From positions 159,340,001 through 159,404,000 of the forward strand of contig OZ024743.1 in the NCBI GenBank assembly GCA_964016885.1: a stretch of DNA of 64,000 nucleotides, in the 5' to 3' direction. Numbering within the stretch: the stretch's first letter is position 1; each line of letters opens with the position of its first letter. The notes beneath the pieces were generated by a model. That model had not been told where the DNA came from, made no database searches, and saw nothing but the letters and a program-made list of their open reading frames with translations. Both the position numbers and the translations under genes were made by a program. The stretch comes from Eledone cirrhosa. Taxonomy: Eukaryota. Positions 24,378 through 36,373 of the stretch are shown in pieces.

Positions 24378-27300
24378 TTACAGATACGTACTCAGAGTAG
24401 GCCCATTCACTCGGGCCATTCTTGCTTCTCTCACCCATCTTTCAACGAAATGCTTGGAAGAGAGCACTTCCCTCTCTACCCTGATTTTCCTTTTCAAATG
24501 AAATTTGAAAAAGTAAATCAGGGCATCACCGAAGTGGTAAGTGCTCGTCTTCAGCCCTTTCAAACGTGTCCACCATACTATCTCTTTCGCCATGGCCACC
24601 AGACAGATAATAACTGCCTGCCCCTCCCGGCTAAAGGAAAGGGCGGGGCAATCCTCACGATGTACCCAGATGATAACCGGATCCGTCCTACACGCGACAG
24701 CAGGTGTTCGAAATAAACCCACAAGTCAGCAATTTTCGGACACTAGACGAGTGCGTGCAGGACGGTTTCGTCGCCCTGCGCGCATCTCGGACATGCCCGG
24801 CTGACGGCACCTCCATGCCTGTAGTTTATCCCGAACTGGCAAGGCTCCTCGGTAGCACTGCTAGGCCAGAGATTTCTGGAAGTTGTCCATAGGTCCCGGC
24901 CCGAAAGTTCTTCCGAAGAGATAGGCTAGTTGATTTTCGTCGACGCGTAGAGTTTCCCCAAGTACATCGTCGCTCTTCCTCTCCACAACGCCGAGGTGGA
25001 GTTTCCACCGATCACATTGCCCGATTGGTCGAGGGCTGTGGAGATGTCGTAGCCTGAGCGCGTGTCTGCGCATCATCACACGTAGCGGGTGTTGACGGCA
25101 GATGGATCGCCTGACCATCGGAGCGCGTCCCTTCCAAAAAAAGCGAAAGAGCAAACGCTCCAGCGCAGTCAGGCGGGGCTTAGGACAAGGTACGATGGTG
25201 AGGCGGTAGCAGATGACAGACGTAATGTACGCGTTAGCCACCTCCGCTCGACCTTTCAGGGATAGCTTCCTCTCCGCCCATTTCTGGGTGAGAGAAGCCA
25301 CCCTGCTCGTCACCTAATCCCAGTTTTTGTCCGTCTCGAGGGCCGGACCGAACCAGACCCCTAGCAATTTAACCGGTCCGTCCGTCCAGCGTCCGACGAC
25401 GCTGTTGGACGGCATGGACCTGCCTCTCCTGGTGCCGAGCTGCAGGCCCACTGACTGTTCCTGGTTGATCATTGCTCCTGTCACCGCTTCGTATTCTCTT
25501 ACTGTAGTGCCGATTGCCTCGATGTGTTTGGCGTTCGACACCACTACGGTGACATCGTCCGCATATGCTTACACGGATCTTCCAAAATCCTAGTTGGCGC
25601 GGGACGCCCCTCAACGTTTCAAGTTTGTGCAGTAATGGCTCGACAGTCAATACGTACAAGAGGTACGAGAGGGGACATCCTTGGCGGACCGAGCGCATGA
25701 TGTTGAACTGTTTCGAAAGGTGCCCGTTCACTCTCACCACAGAGCAGATGTCGCTGTGCATGGCAGCGATCCAGCTTCTGAAGACGGGCCTAAAGCCAGC
25801 CGCCACGTAACGATGGTCGACCCTATCGAAAGCTTTCGACTGATCTAAATTAATCAAGGACCCACCCGTGCCAGGTTCCCTAGCTACCCTCTCTACGATG
25901 CATCGCATGAGGTGGAGGTTGTCGTGGATGGATCTGTCGGGAATGGCGCATGTCTGCGCCTCTCCCACCAGACCACCAACGACAAGCGCCAAACTCTTTG
26001 CTAGCAATCGGCCAAAATCTTGCACTCTGTGTTTAGCAGAGTTATGGGCCGGAAATTATCTATGTTATCCCCCTTGTTCGCATCCTTTCTCAGCAGTGCC
26101 ACCGCTGCTCGGCTCACAGAACTGGGAATTCTCCCGTTCTGTTGCCAGTTGCAGTAGACGTCGGCCAAGAGGCCACCGAACAAGTCTGGCATCTGTACGT
26201 AAAGTTCATAGGGCAGACCATCCAAATCTGGCGATTTACCCCTTGTGTAGTCAGTCATTGCCTCCCTTACTTCAGCGGCTGTTATCGGCTTTTCGCAACG
26301 CTCCGCTTCAGTGGCCGAGAGCCGCGGCAGTCCGTCGAGGTAGACACTGAAGTCCATCCCTCGACCCGGCCCACCGCTGCCCCCGAACAGTTGAGCGAAG
26401 TGTCGCTGAGAAGCTTCACACATTTTCACGGGATCGAGTAGCATGCGCCCGTTGTGGTCCACCAAAGACCGGATCGTGGCTTTGTTGCCACGACGCGCCT
26501 CCACCACTCGGCCCCATTGAATGGCATTCGTCCCCTCGTGTCTGAGAGCACGCACCCTCGCTCTGACAACGCAGCCTTCGTGCTTTGCATTGAAGAATTG
26601 GTCAAGGGCCAATTTCGCCGCAAGCACCCTCGGTCGCAATGCCTTTGTTAAGGGCCTCGTCTAATTTTCTAACTAGTTCTCCCTCTGCTCTATTTTCCTC
26701 TATTGCGAAAGCCTTACTAAACCTAATCGATTCTATTCTAATCGCTCTTTTCAGAGCAAACCACCACTTGTTGTTGACGATGGCCCCCGTCAACGCCCGC
26801 TTAACTAGTTTGCTAATCCGGTCTCTGTAGGCCTTGCGCGCTGGTAAGGACGCGTTTAGCTTCCAGTAGCCGGGTCCTCGTCTATGAAGCCTATCTAAGT
26901 CAAGCACACAGATCACGAATTTGTGGTCCGTGTAGCTGACTATCTTGAATTCTGGACAGCCTATGCTAGACCTATCTATTTCCCTACAAAATACTCTATC
27001 TAGATATGATCTGGGTGATCCTATGCGGTTTGTCCATGTCCACATTGGCACATTCGCCAAATCCAATCGGTACCTGTCAGACAGTTCAAAACGCCTGAGC
27101 AGGTTGGTGAGGCTCTTGCACCCTCCACCCCCATCCGCCAATCCCACACAGTCCCAGCGTGCATCTAAGATCCCGTTCCAGTCGCCCATTAACACTAAAG
27201 AGCGCGTCGTTCCAAGAAAGGTCTCCAGACGCCGGGGCATACACGGACTGAAAGCTTGCCCGTCTCCGCTGGTCACGTCCAGCACTACCAACTTACCCTC

Positions 27301-27567
27301 TGGGTCCAGGAAGATGGCCCGTATGGCGAGATCCAAACCTCTCCGAAAAAGCACAGCAACTCATCCCCCCGATCCAGGACGGCTGGGAGATGCGTACACA
27401 TCGTAGCCGCCGAAGATCGGTGCGAAGGCCCGTGCTTCGGAGATTCTGGTCTCGCTGATGGCCACTACATCTATGTTTAGTGACCTGAGGTCGTTGAGCA
27501 GGTGACCCTGCTTCCATGACGACCCCAAGCCACGCGCATTTATGCTGCCTATTCTGAGTGAGGTCAT
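24378..27567 (-). pseudogene. Tx1 ORF2 (APE endonuclease + RT + C-terminal domain), multiple frameshifts/stops
   Basis: MTSLRIGSINARGL, ISETR, LVLMGDWN, SYLDRV, YTDHKFV, GYWKLN, KSPDLDGLPYE, FRPITLLNT, LDQSKAFDRVDH, SVRQGCPLS, and YADD in a shifted frame. Confidence 0.92.
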
Positions 27568-28107
27568 GTTTAAAATAGAGTGGAAAAGATGGGAAAGACC
27601 ACTTACCGTACTTTTCGTAGATGAGGGATGGTGTTTCCATCCCTTTTCACTTGATAGTCTGGTGAAGGGACCGTTGAATCGTCCCTTCAGCTGGTCGTCG
27701 GCTCTTCTATGAGTATGTCCGAATATACTCTTCGGTTGAGTGTCCCTCCTAGGTCTCTGAAATCACCAACTGCGTTGGGGAATTTCGTTTTAATGTTTGT
27801 GTATTGTTTCTGTGCTATTTTTAGCAGTCTTATGTTAGTTGGCGTTTTGATTGGTGCTGGTATTATGTAGTCGTGTTGTGAAATGTCTGTGTGTTCAATT
27901 ATGTAAGTCATTAGTTTCTTGTTGTGTGTATTTATTGCCGTGCATTTGTTTTTATGGGGGTGGGGTGTGGTTCTGCTATTTTCTTGTCGTTGTTGCTGGG
28001 TGTGTGTGTTTTGTTGTTGTGTTTGCGCTGTTGGTGCTTGTGGTGGCGGTGTTGAAGGTGTTGTTGGCGGGGGGGGGGGGGGGGTTGTCGCGGTGGTGAT
28101 GGTGGTG

Positions 28108-29546
28108 CTAGTGTGGGTGGTGATGGTATTGGTGGTGTTGCTCTGTGAGTCTCTTTGCAGTAGCCTTTACCCTTTTTTCATTTCTTTCCTCCCTTTTCAA
28201 AGGCGACGATGCGCTGCCTCTGCGTTTGTGCCTTCTTACGACCTTTTGCCATCCCTCTCCCACCTCACACTCCATGTCTGATTCTGTGAGGTCGGGGAGG
28301 GGTACCAGCTCCATTCTTTCACTTGTTGTTGTTGGTGATGTTTGCACTGGACTCTCTGTTGCAGCTGCATTTGGTATTGCTGTTGTTGTTGTTAATACTT
28401 CCACTGCTGCTGCTGTTTTTGATTTCCGTGGCAGGGGTATGGGTGCCACGGACCTATCGTTCCTGGTTGCCGCTTGTCCTGTTGCTGGTAGCCGTGGAGC
28501 CGGTTTCGGAAGGATGGGGGTTTTCTCCTTTCTCAGGGTGTTCTCGTTGCAGTAGGCCCTGAGGTGAGTCTTCGATCCACAGCGAAAGCATTTCGGGCGT
28601 TTGCCCTCAACACTTATGAGCAGTTGAGTGCCGTTATCGAAGTCTATCACATCTGGGATAGACTCCTGGTTGGTTTGGATTAACATCTCAATGGAGGTGC
28701 CGACCCAATCTTCTCTTACTTTTTTTCTGTACTTGCAGTACAGTTGTTTTCTCCTTGGTTCCGACGAGGACAGACGCGGCCAGCCAAGAAGGGGCCATCC
28801 CGGGGGGGGGGGGCGTACGTAAGTTTGACCCTCACAATTTTTTGCCCGCAGTAGGAGGGCACCAATACCATTTCCTCGCTCCGTAGGGTCACTAAGGATT
28901 GAGCCTTTGCCTCCTTGGGTGTGGAAAAAAGTACGTCTACGGTGGCATATTTCTTGCCTCGGGTGATGTACGTTTTCCGCTGCCACACAGACCCCAAGGC
29001 TTTTTGTATTTGAGCCTCTGTGGCTCTTTCAACCCTACGGGATTCTGTACTTACTGTACGGTACGTGACCGTACAGTGCTGTTGGGTTTCGAAACATTTT
29101 TCCGCTGCTTTGCAGATTGCTCGGTGTCCAGTTTTTGTCACCATCTTCTTCGCTTCCTCTAATTCCTCATTTGTTATTAGGATGGTTTCCAGGTTCTTTG
29201 CGATACCTGCAAACGAGATTGGTTTTTCTTTGCTGCTGTTGTTGTTGTTGTTGTCGTCAGAGCTGCTGTTACTTTTGTTGTTGCTGCAGGTACTACGACT
29301 ACTGCCGCCGCCGCTGTTGCTGTGGTTGTTGTTGTTGTTGCTGCTGCTAATGCTGTTGTTGTTTATGCTGCTGCTGATGCTGTTGCGGCTGCTACTGTTG
29401 TTTTTATTGTCACTGTTGCTGTTGTTATTACGGCTGCTACTGCTATTATTCCTGACGTCAGACGAATGAAATGGGTTTTCGTATTTCCCGCACACCTGTT
29501 TCGTCGTTGTCGTCGTCGTCGTGGAGAAATCTTGCACGCTTTGCAC
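28108..29546 (-). pseudogene. Tx1 ORF1 (gag-like, CCHC zinc knuckle), frameshifted
   Basis: Overlapping ORFs 28716-29546 and 28108-28986. CFRCGSKTHLRAYC is CX2CX4HX4C. SFAGIAK motif and Asn/Ser-rich N-terminus. Break probably at or near the G-homopolymer 28802-28814. Confidence 0.85.
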
Positions 29547-29927
29547 GAGACTTTTCTTTTCTGTCGTCGCTTGCGAAAGAGAAAAGGGAGGGAGAGAGAC
29601 ACATTTAAAGAAGGGAGGGAGAGAGACAATCTTCTCTCTGCTGTAGTGACGATGGAGGAAGAAGAAGACGGAATGAATGGGAGTGACCTATGAACATTCT
29701 TTTTCGTAGACATGTTGTTTTTTTGTTTAAAATAAATATTGGGCACAAAACCCCAATAAGCAGTTATTTAACCCGAAGGGCCAAATAACGGGCAGAAATA
29801 CCCCTCTCACGAGGAGGAGGGTGTTTATGTCTACAAGTTGGTTAAAGTTTTAAACAATTTACAATTGTTATAGCGGTCAAAATTTACAATACCTTACAGA
29901 GCCGAGCCTCCATCAACCATAGCATTC

Positions 29928-29985
<58 letters not shown>

Positions 29986-29987
<2 letters not shown>

Positions 29988-30123
29988 CGCTTCAAAAGGC
30001 ATGCTTGCTGGGAACAGCAAGAACCCTCCGATACGTCCTGAATATCTGAGGCTGCAGGTAGTGGCTTGATATTCATCTCAACAAACTTTCCAGTTAACTA
30101 ACATCAATGACGGAGACTCAAAG
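29986..30123 (+). mobile_element. Very short 5'-truncated R4/Dong copy with (AAT)n tail
   Basis: Matches 35027-35164 (aacgcttcaaaaggcatgcttgct...gactcaaag). Confidence 0.9.
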
Positions 30124-30146
30124 AATAATAATAATAATAATAATAA

Positions 30147-30568
30147 TTTAGGATACTGACGGATAAGAAACTGGAACACAATAGGCCTGACTTGGTGGTT
30201 TTGGACAAGGAAAAAAGATCGTGCCTGATTGTGGATGTGGCCTGCCCATTTGACCCGAGAGTGCAAGAAAAAGAGGGAAAAAATAACCGATACCAAGACT
30301 TGAAGTGGGAGGTAAAAATGATTTGGAACTGCCATGAGGTCAAAGTGGTCCCGATTGTCATAGGCGCACTAGGTACTATCTCAAAGACTTTCCAAGGATG
30401 GTTAAAGAAAGTTAGTCCAGCCCCGCTTTTTGGAACACTTCAAAAGGCAAGTTTGCTGGGAACAGCAAGAACCCTCCGATATGTCCTGAATATCAGAGGC
30501 TGCAGGTAGCGGCTTGATATTCATTTCAACAAACTTTCCAGTTAAATAACATCAATGACTGAGACTCA

Positions 30569-30570
<2 letters not shown>
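30147..30570 (+). mobile_element. 5'-truncated R4/Dong copy (RLE domain + 3' UTR) with (AAT)n tail
   Basis: ORF 30192-30509 is closely similar to the C-terminus of 31698-35090. Confidence 0.92.
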
Positions 30571-30631
<61 letters not shown>

Positions 30632-30632
<1 letters not shown>

Positions 30633-33600
30633 GGGAAGAAGACGCACGAGGTGACGGAGGTCATGAAATCGCTCCCGTAAGTTTTGAATTTTTAACATAT
30701 TTAAATCATTTGTGAAATAACAACTCTTAGTACAAATGCTACGTAAAGCACCCGGCTTGAGCCCCCAAAAATTCGGACCCAAAATATATTGTTATAAGGC
30801 TCAAATATTCAAATATTCAACTTTGTATTGTACACTGTATATCCCCCCCCAAAAAATGGCTATAAATGGAAGAAGAAGAACCCCCCCCCTCCTCTCCTCT
30901 GGCTACACTATATAGGACAGCTAAACTCACCAACACCAGAAACTAGATACACCACCCACCCCATCATCTGTGTACACTAAACACAACAGCATTTTCACCT
31001 TCACCGCCACCGCTCACTACGGCTATCATTACCACCACTATCCCATCACCGCCGCCACCACCCCTTGACTCCTTCACTGCTGCTGCCACCGCTACACCAC
31101 CATCACTACAGTAATACGGTCGCATCACCGCCACCACTGCCTCGGTATCGACATCACCACCACCACTGTCTCAGTATCGCCAACGCCGCCAGTCTCTGCT
31201 GGCTGCCACTTCCACATTATAGAATTCCTACTACTAACAAAGAGGAAGGCATAAAAATATATAGATAGACTCAAAAGAAAAAAGAAAAAACAAACAACAA
31301 AACCAAAGCAGCACAGCAACAACAGCAAAAAACGAGAAAAACAAACAGAGAAAAACAAAAACAAAAAAAGAAACCCCAAAAACGTAAAGAAAATAAGAAT
31401 GAAGAGAGAAGCAAGCGGACGGACAGAGAAGAGGGGGGAAAAAGTAAAACTTAAAAAACAAAAACTAAGTCAGACATTCGAATACTACATTACAATGAAA
31501 CTTATGCTTATTCATTTTTGGGGCCCTTTCTGCCCGTGTGTTTGTTTGTTTATGTGTGTTCGTATACAGCGTGGTGATAATGCCACACAAGGGCCAAGTG
31601 GGATGGCGGATCCACAGATGGCTATGTAAACATACATTCGCCAATCCTCGATAAGAGTGTTTAAATATCGAACATAAACAGTTCGAATAACGGTGAAATG
31701 GAGACTAGAACGTCATGTGACAGACTCTCACCCAACAGGTGCCCCCTGGCTCAGCAGCAGGAACCTGACTGTCAACCAAATACTGCTGATGTTGGAGGAA
31801 GAAGAAGAAGGAAAGGGGCCAGAACCAACTGGACGAAAGAATTGAATAGAACTGTTATGCAATGCTACCTGAAAAGTAACCCCAAGGAGAGGGGCTACAG
31901 GAGACGGATGCATAACATCTGGAACGAGATTGGTTTATTTAAATTAGATGAACAAAAATTGGCCGGGCAGGCTCGGGTAATAAGAACTAATGGGTGGATA
32001 AGCGAGCTGGAACTGGAGGAACTGAGCAGAGAGAATGGCTTGGAGATGGCGGGTGTAGTATGCCAGACAAGCGAGCCGGCGGGAAATGAAGGTGAGGAGG
32101 TCCTGAGAACGGAGGAACCACCCGAAGCAGACAATGATCTGAATACTGAGATAAATAATACCTGGAACAGAGATGCGGCCACTGAGGAGATGAATGCTGA
32201 CGGGCTAGGACAAGATTCGGTTGACATCCTAAATTTAGTGGTAGATGAGTTGAACAATGATAGTGGGAGACCTATGAACCTAAGATTTGTAGACAGGAAA
32301 AAGTTAAAAGAAACAACAGCTAAGGTAAACAAAGTCATCCCATACCTTGAGGCGAGGAGTCTTCACCAGTGCAACAATATCCTCAAAGCAACAGCAAATA
32401 CGGTGAGGAAACTACTTGGTATAAAAGCGAGAGGAAACAACAGACAAGAAAGAGCAGAGCCGTGGTGGAAGAAGCGACTGAGTGGGCAAATCGGGGAAAT
32501 GAGAAATGACATAGGAAAGCTTGAGTCACTACTGAATGGGACACTAAAAAACATAGGCACTAAAAATAGACTGGAAATAAAATACGAAACTAGGAGTAAA
32601 AAGCTAAATATTATCATAGAGGAATTGAAGCAACGCATTGTAGCAAAGAGTGCCAACATCAGGCGATACGAGAACAGAGTCAGTCAGTATAAACAGAACC
32701 GCATGTTCGACAACAACCAGAAGATGCTGTTTGGACAGCTTGAGGGGAAAGAAAGAGGCAACGACTTGATCCCTGGGGCGGAACAAGCTAAAACATTCTG
32801 GAGAGGAATATGGGAGCAGGATGTTAGACACAATGCCCAGGCAGGGTGGATTGAGACAGTACAGAGGGAGATCGGTGAGCAGGCACAACAACAGACTGAT
32901 TTGAGTATCACAGTTGAAACTCTTAAGGGGCAAGCCAAAAAACTAACCAACTGGAAATCACCAGGCCCAGATGGTGTGCAGGGGTATTGGATTAAACATT
33001 TAACATCCCTCCACCCGAAGCTGACGGCCATGTTCAATGACTGCTTGGTGTCGGGTGAGGTGCCAGAGTGGTTGACAAAAGGTACCACAGTTCTGATAAT
33101 GAAAGACCGAATCAAGGGTAATGATGTTACCAACTATAGACCTATCACATGTCTGCCCGTAATGTGGAAACTGTTGACGAGCATTGTGTCTGAGGAAATC
33201 TACCATCACCTCCACACAAACAACTTGTTACCGGACGAACAGAAAGGATGCCGAAAGAAGTCACGTGGTACAAAAGACCAGTTGCTTATTGATAAGATGG
33301 TAATGGGGAATTGCAGGAGGAGACACACTGATCTTGCCATGGGATGGATAGACTACAGAAAGGCATTTGACATGGTGCCTCATTCCTGGATCACCAAAAG
33401 CCTGGAGATCTTCAGGGTGGCAGATAACATCAGACAGTTGCTGGACAGGAGTATGGGGTCCTGGGAGACAGAGTTGACATCAACTGGAGTATCCTTGGGA
33501 AGCGTGAAGATCAAGAGAGGTATCTTCCAGGGAGATAGCCTGTCCCCTCTGTTGTTTGTCCTTGCCCTGATGCCCTTGACCATTATGCTGCGAAAAGTGA

Positions 33601-35164
33601 GAGCAGGATACAAGTTGGGAAGGGGAGAGCTTACCATCAATCACCTCCTCTTCATGGACGATCTTAAGCTCTTCGGGAAAAGTGAGAAGGAGTTGGATGT
33701 GCTTGTTGACACTGTCCGTATTTTCAGCAGTGATATATGTATGCAGTTTGGTATTGGTAAATGTGGAGTCATTGAGATGAAGAGGGGTAGGTTGAGCAGA
33801 AGTAACGGGATCCAGATACCAACAGGTGAGATGATAAAGGAAATTGACTCTGAGGAAGGATACAAGTATTTGGGCGTTCTGGAGGCTGATGGCATAAAGA
33901 ACAAAAAAATGAAGGAATTGTTAAGAACTGAATACATTCGGAGAGTAAGGAGCGTATTGAAGTCACATCTGAACAGCAGAAATGCCATAAGCGCAGTAAA
34001 TTCCCGAGCTGTGTCTATTATTAGGTACAGTGCGGGAATTCTGAGATGGAATGTTGCTGAACAAAAAGAAATGGATAGGAAGACTAGGAAGATATTGACT
34101 ATCTACAACATGTTCCACAAGAGGAGTGATGTCGATAGACTCTACCTAAGGAGATCTGAGGGTGGAAGAGGTCTTATCAGCATAGAGGACTGTGTTCAGA
34201 TGGAGAAAAACAACCTATACAAATACGTGACCTATAGTAAGGAGCCAATGCTCAGAGCTGTACTGAAGGAGGGGACAGTAGGCCAGGGGATATCCAAGGA
34301 GGAAATAACATCAAGGAGGAAGAGCAGCCTTAAGGGAAAATCCCTTCATAGTACCTTCTTTGAGAAAACTGAATTTAGAGATCCACAGACACGGAACTGG
34401 TTGAGAAGAGGAGACCTCAAAAAGGCTACAGAAGGAATGCTAATGGCTGCGCAGGAGCAGGCCCTCAAAACGAAGTGGTTGAAGCACCATATCTACAAGG
34501 AGGAGGCTAGCCCACTGTGCAGGATCTGTGGAGAGAGAGAGGAGACTGTGGCTCACATTGTGTCCGAGTGTAAACACCTAGCCCAGACCCACTATAAGGG
34601 CTGGAGACACGATGTGATGGGCAGGGTGATCCACTGGCACCTGTGCAAAGTAAACAATCTACCACATTCTGAGAAATGGTATGAGCATAAGCCAGAGGCG
34701 GTGATGGAGAACAGTCAGGTGAAGGTGCTGTGGGATTTTAGGATACAGACGGACAAAAAACTGGAACACAATAGACCTGACCTGGTGGTTGTGGACAAAG
34801 AAAAAAGATCGTGCCTGATTGTGGATGTGGCCTGCCCGTTCGACACGAGAGTGCAAGAGAAGGAGAGGGAGAAAATTAACCGATACCAGGACCTAAAGTG
34901 GGAGGTGAAAAGGATTTGGAACTGCCATGAAGTCAAAGTGATCCCGATTGTCATAGGCGCACTGGGGACTATCTCCAAAGGATTCCAGGGATGGTTAAAG
35001 AAAATCGGCCCCTTCACGCTTTTTGGAACGCTTCAAAAGGCATGCTTGCTTGGAACAGCAAGAACCCTCCGATACGTCCTGAATATCTGAGGCTGCAGGT
35101 AGTGGCTTGATCTTCAATCCAACGGACTTTCCAGTTAACCAACATCAATGACTGAGATTCAAGG
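30632..35164 (+). mobile_element. Putative full-length R4/Dong-clade non-LTR retrotransposon in (TAA)n
   Basis: (TAA)n at both boundaries, about 1.07-kb leader (assignment as 5' UTR is inferred), single ORF and 75-bp 3' UTR. Confidence 0.85.
31698..35090 (+). CDS. RT-RLE polyprotein of R4/Dong-clade LINE (1130 aa, uninterrupted)
   Basis: KSPGPDG, YRPITCL, WIDYRKAFDMVPH, GIFQGDSLSPLLF, HLLFMDDLKLF, YKYLG; CCHC knuckle CRIC...ETVAHIVSEC; RHD and PD..D..K restriction-like endonuclease motifs. Confidence 0.95.
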   Translation: METRTSCDRLSPNRCPLAQQQEPDCQPNTADVGGRRRRKGARTNWTKELNRTVMQCYLKSNPKERGYRRRMHNIWNEIGLFKLDEQKLAGQARVIRTNGWISELELEELSRENGLEMAGVVCQTSEPAGNEGEEVLRTEEPPEADNDLNTEINNTWNRDAATEEMNADGLGQDSVDILNLVVDELNNDSGRPMNLRFVDRKKLKETTAKVNKVIPYLEARSLHQCNNILKATANTVRKLLGIKARGNNRQERAEPWWKKRLSGQIGEMRNDIGKLESLLNGTLKNIGTKNRLEIKYETRSKKLNIIIEELKQRIVAKSANIRRYENRVSQYKQNRMFDNNQKMLFGQLEGKERGNDLIPGAEQAKTFWRGIWEQDVRHNAQAGWIETVQREIGEQAQQQTDLSITVETLKGQAKKLTNWKSPGPDGVQGYWIKHLTSLHPKLTAMFNDCLVSGEVPEWLTKGTTVLIMKDRIKGNDVTNYRPITCLPVMWKLLTSIVSEEIYHHLHTNNLLPDEQKGCRKKSRGTKDQLLIDKMVMGNCRRRHTDLAMGWIDYRKAFDMVPHSWITKSLEIFRVADNIRQLLDRSMGSWETELTSTGVSLGSVKIKRGIFQGDSLSPLLFVLALMPLTIMLRKVRAGYKLGRGELTINHLLFMDDLKLFGKSEKELDVLVDTVRIFSSDICMQFGIGKCGVIEMKRGRLSRSNGIQIPTGEMIKEIDSEEGYKYLGVLEADGIKNKKMKELLRTEYIRRVRSVLKSHLNSRNAISAVNSRAVSIIRYSAGILRWNVAEQKEMDRKTRKILTIYNMFHKRSDVDRLYLRRSEGGRGLISIEDCVQMEKNNLYKYVTYSKEPMLRAVLKEGTVGQGISKEEITSRRKSSLKGKSLHSTFFEKTEFRDPQTRNWLRRGDLKKATEGMLMAAQEQALKTKWLKHHIYKEEASPLCRICGEREETVAHIVSECKHLAQTHYKGWRHDVMGRVIHWHLCKVNNLPHSEKWYEHKPEAVMENSQVKVLWDFRIQTDKKLEHNRPDLVVVDKEKRSCLIVDVACPFDTRVQEKEREKINRYQDLKWEVKRIWNCHEVKVIPIVIGALGTISKGFQGWLKKIGPFTLFGTLQKACLLGTARTLRYVLNI

Positions 35165-35319
35165 AATAACAATAACAATAATAATAATAATAATAATAAT
35201 AATAATTATTATTATTATAATTACACTCTGCTAAGTTCTACACCACTATACCAACTGGAAACTACACATCGAGTCCTCACTCAGGTGTACCTACAGTAAC
35301 TGGACGTCATATTCCCTAT

Positions 35320-35535
35320 ATATAAAATTATATTGATATTATAATGAAATAGTATGATAGAATATTAAATGTTAAATGTCAATTGAAAAAGTACTTTCAT
35401 GCTTTCGCAATCTTCAGGTTCGATGCGGTGGTGACAGTCAAGTTTGCAATTTTCAACTGTTGAAATTATAATTTTAAAGGATTGTAAATAAAACGAGTAA
35501 ATCAGACAAAGTTGGAATTCCTTTTATTAATTTAA
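35320..35535 (-). mobile_element. Short HHR-bearing PLE-like element (family of 53335-53532) with tail inverted to the other side
   Basis: Body matches 53400-53532. 35472-35530 is the reverse complement of 53335-53394. HHR at 35385-35421 (-) has a stem I mismatch. Confidence 0.75.
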
Positions 35536-35593
35536 TCCCATATACACAATAATGCACACCCCTGTATACTTATATATATATATATATATATAT

Positions 35594-36373
35594 CTGACCG
35601 GACAACGATGTTGCTTGTTTTTTTCCTATCTTTGGTTTACTTTTATCCTTCTATGTTGTTTACTTGTCCCCCTCGCTTTACGCGATTTACTGGTCCCAAT
35701 AATTTTTTTAGTTATTGCTCGCACCAACCTGAGGTGTATGATTTTTAATGCGATGAAATACCAATGATGGTTGGAAAATCACTGACGAAGGACTATTTTT
35801 ATCATATGTAACCCATGTGCAACCACGCAGTATTCTTGTTTCTTCTCATGTTTTTTATATATATTTACCTCGGCTGCATTTGTCTGTTTCTCTCTTACTG
35901 CTTCCCCGTTCTCTCTGTTTCTCTCACCTCCTTTCGCTCCCTCTGTCAGTTACACTTTCTCTCGACTGACCGCTTCCTCGCACTTCCACTCACTCACTCT
36001 ATGTTTCTTCTCTTCTCACTTCCTCCCGTTTGGCCTACAGTGGGTCTCTTCTTGCTTACATCGCACTCACGTCGGACGGTCTTTACCTTTCGCTCATGAA
36101 ATCCACCCAGTTTATGCTGACCGGACAACCATGTTGCTTGTTTTTTTCCTATCTTTGGTTTGCTTTTATCCTTCTATGTTGTTTACTTGTCGCCCTCGCT
36201 TTACACGATTTACTGGTCCCAATAACTTTTTTTTAGTTATTGCTCGCACCAACATGAGGTTTATGATGCTTAATGCGATGAAATACCAATGATGGTTGGA
36301 AAATCACTGACGAAGGACTATTTTTATCATATGTAACCCATGTGCAACCACGCAGTATTCTTCTTTCTTCTTG

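Larger units (their letters stand above)
24133..29927 (-). mobile_element. Near full-length Tx1-group (L1 clade) LINE between (TAA)n tracts
   Basis: 5' UTR, ORF1, ORF2, then a 3' UTR with AATAAA running into (TTA)n. (AAT)n at 24093-24133 and 29928-29985. Confidence 0.9.

Noticed and set aside
29760-29830. HDV-like cctcctcgtg motif in the Tx1 5' UTR (minus strand)
   Set aside because: Folds as a simple hairpin; P1/P2 pseudoknot partners not found.
31728-35017. Antisense ORFs over the LINE ORFs (also plus-strand ORFs over the Tx1 elements)
   Set aside because: Shadow frames of the true coding strand with no motifs.
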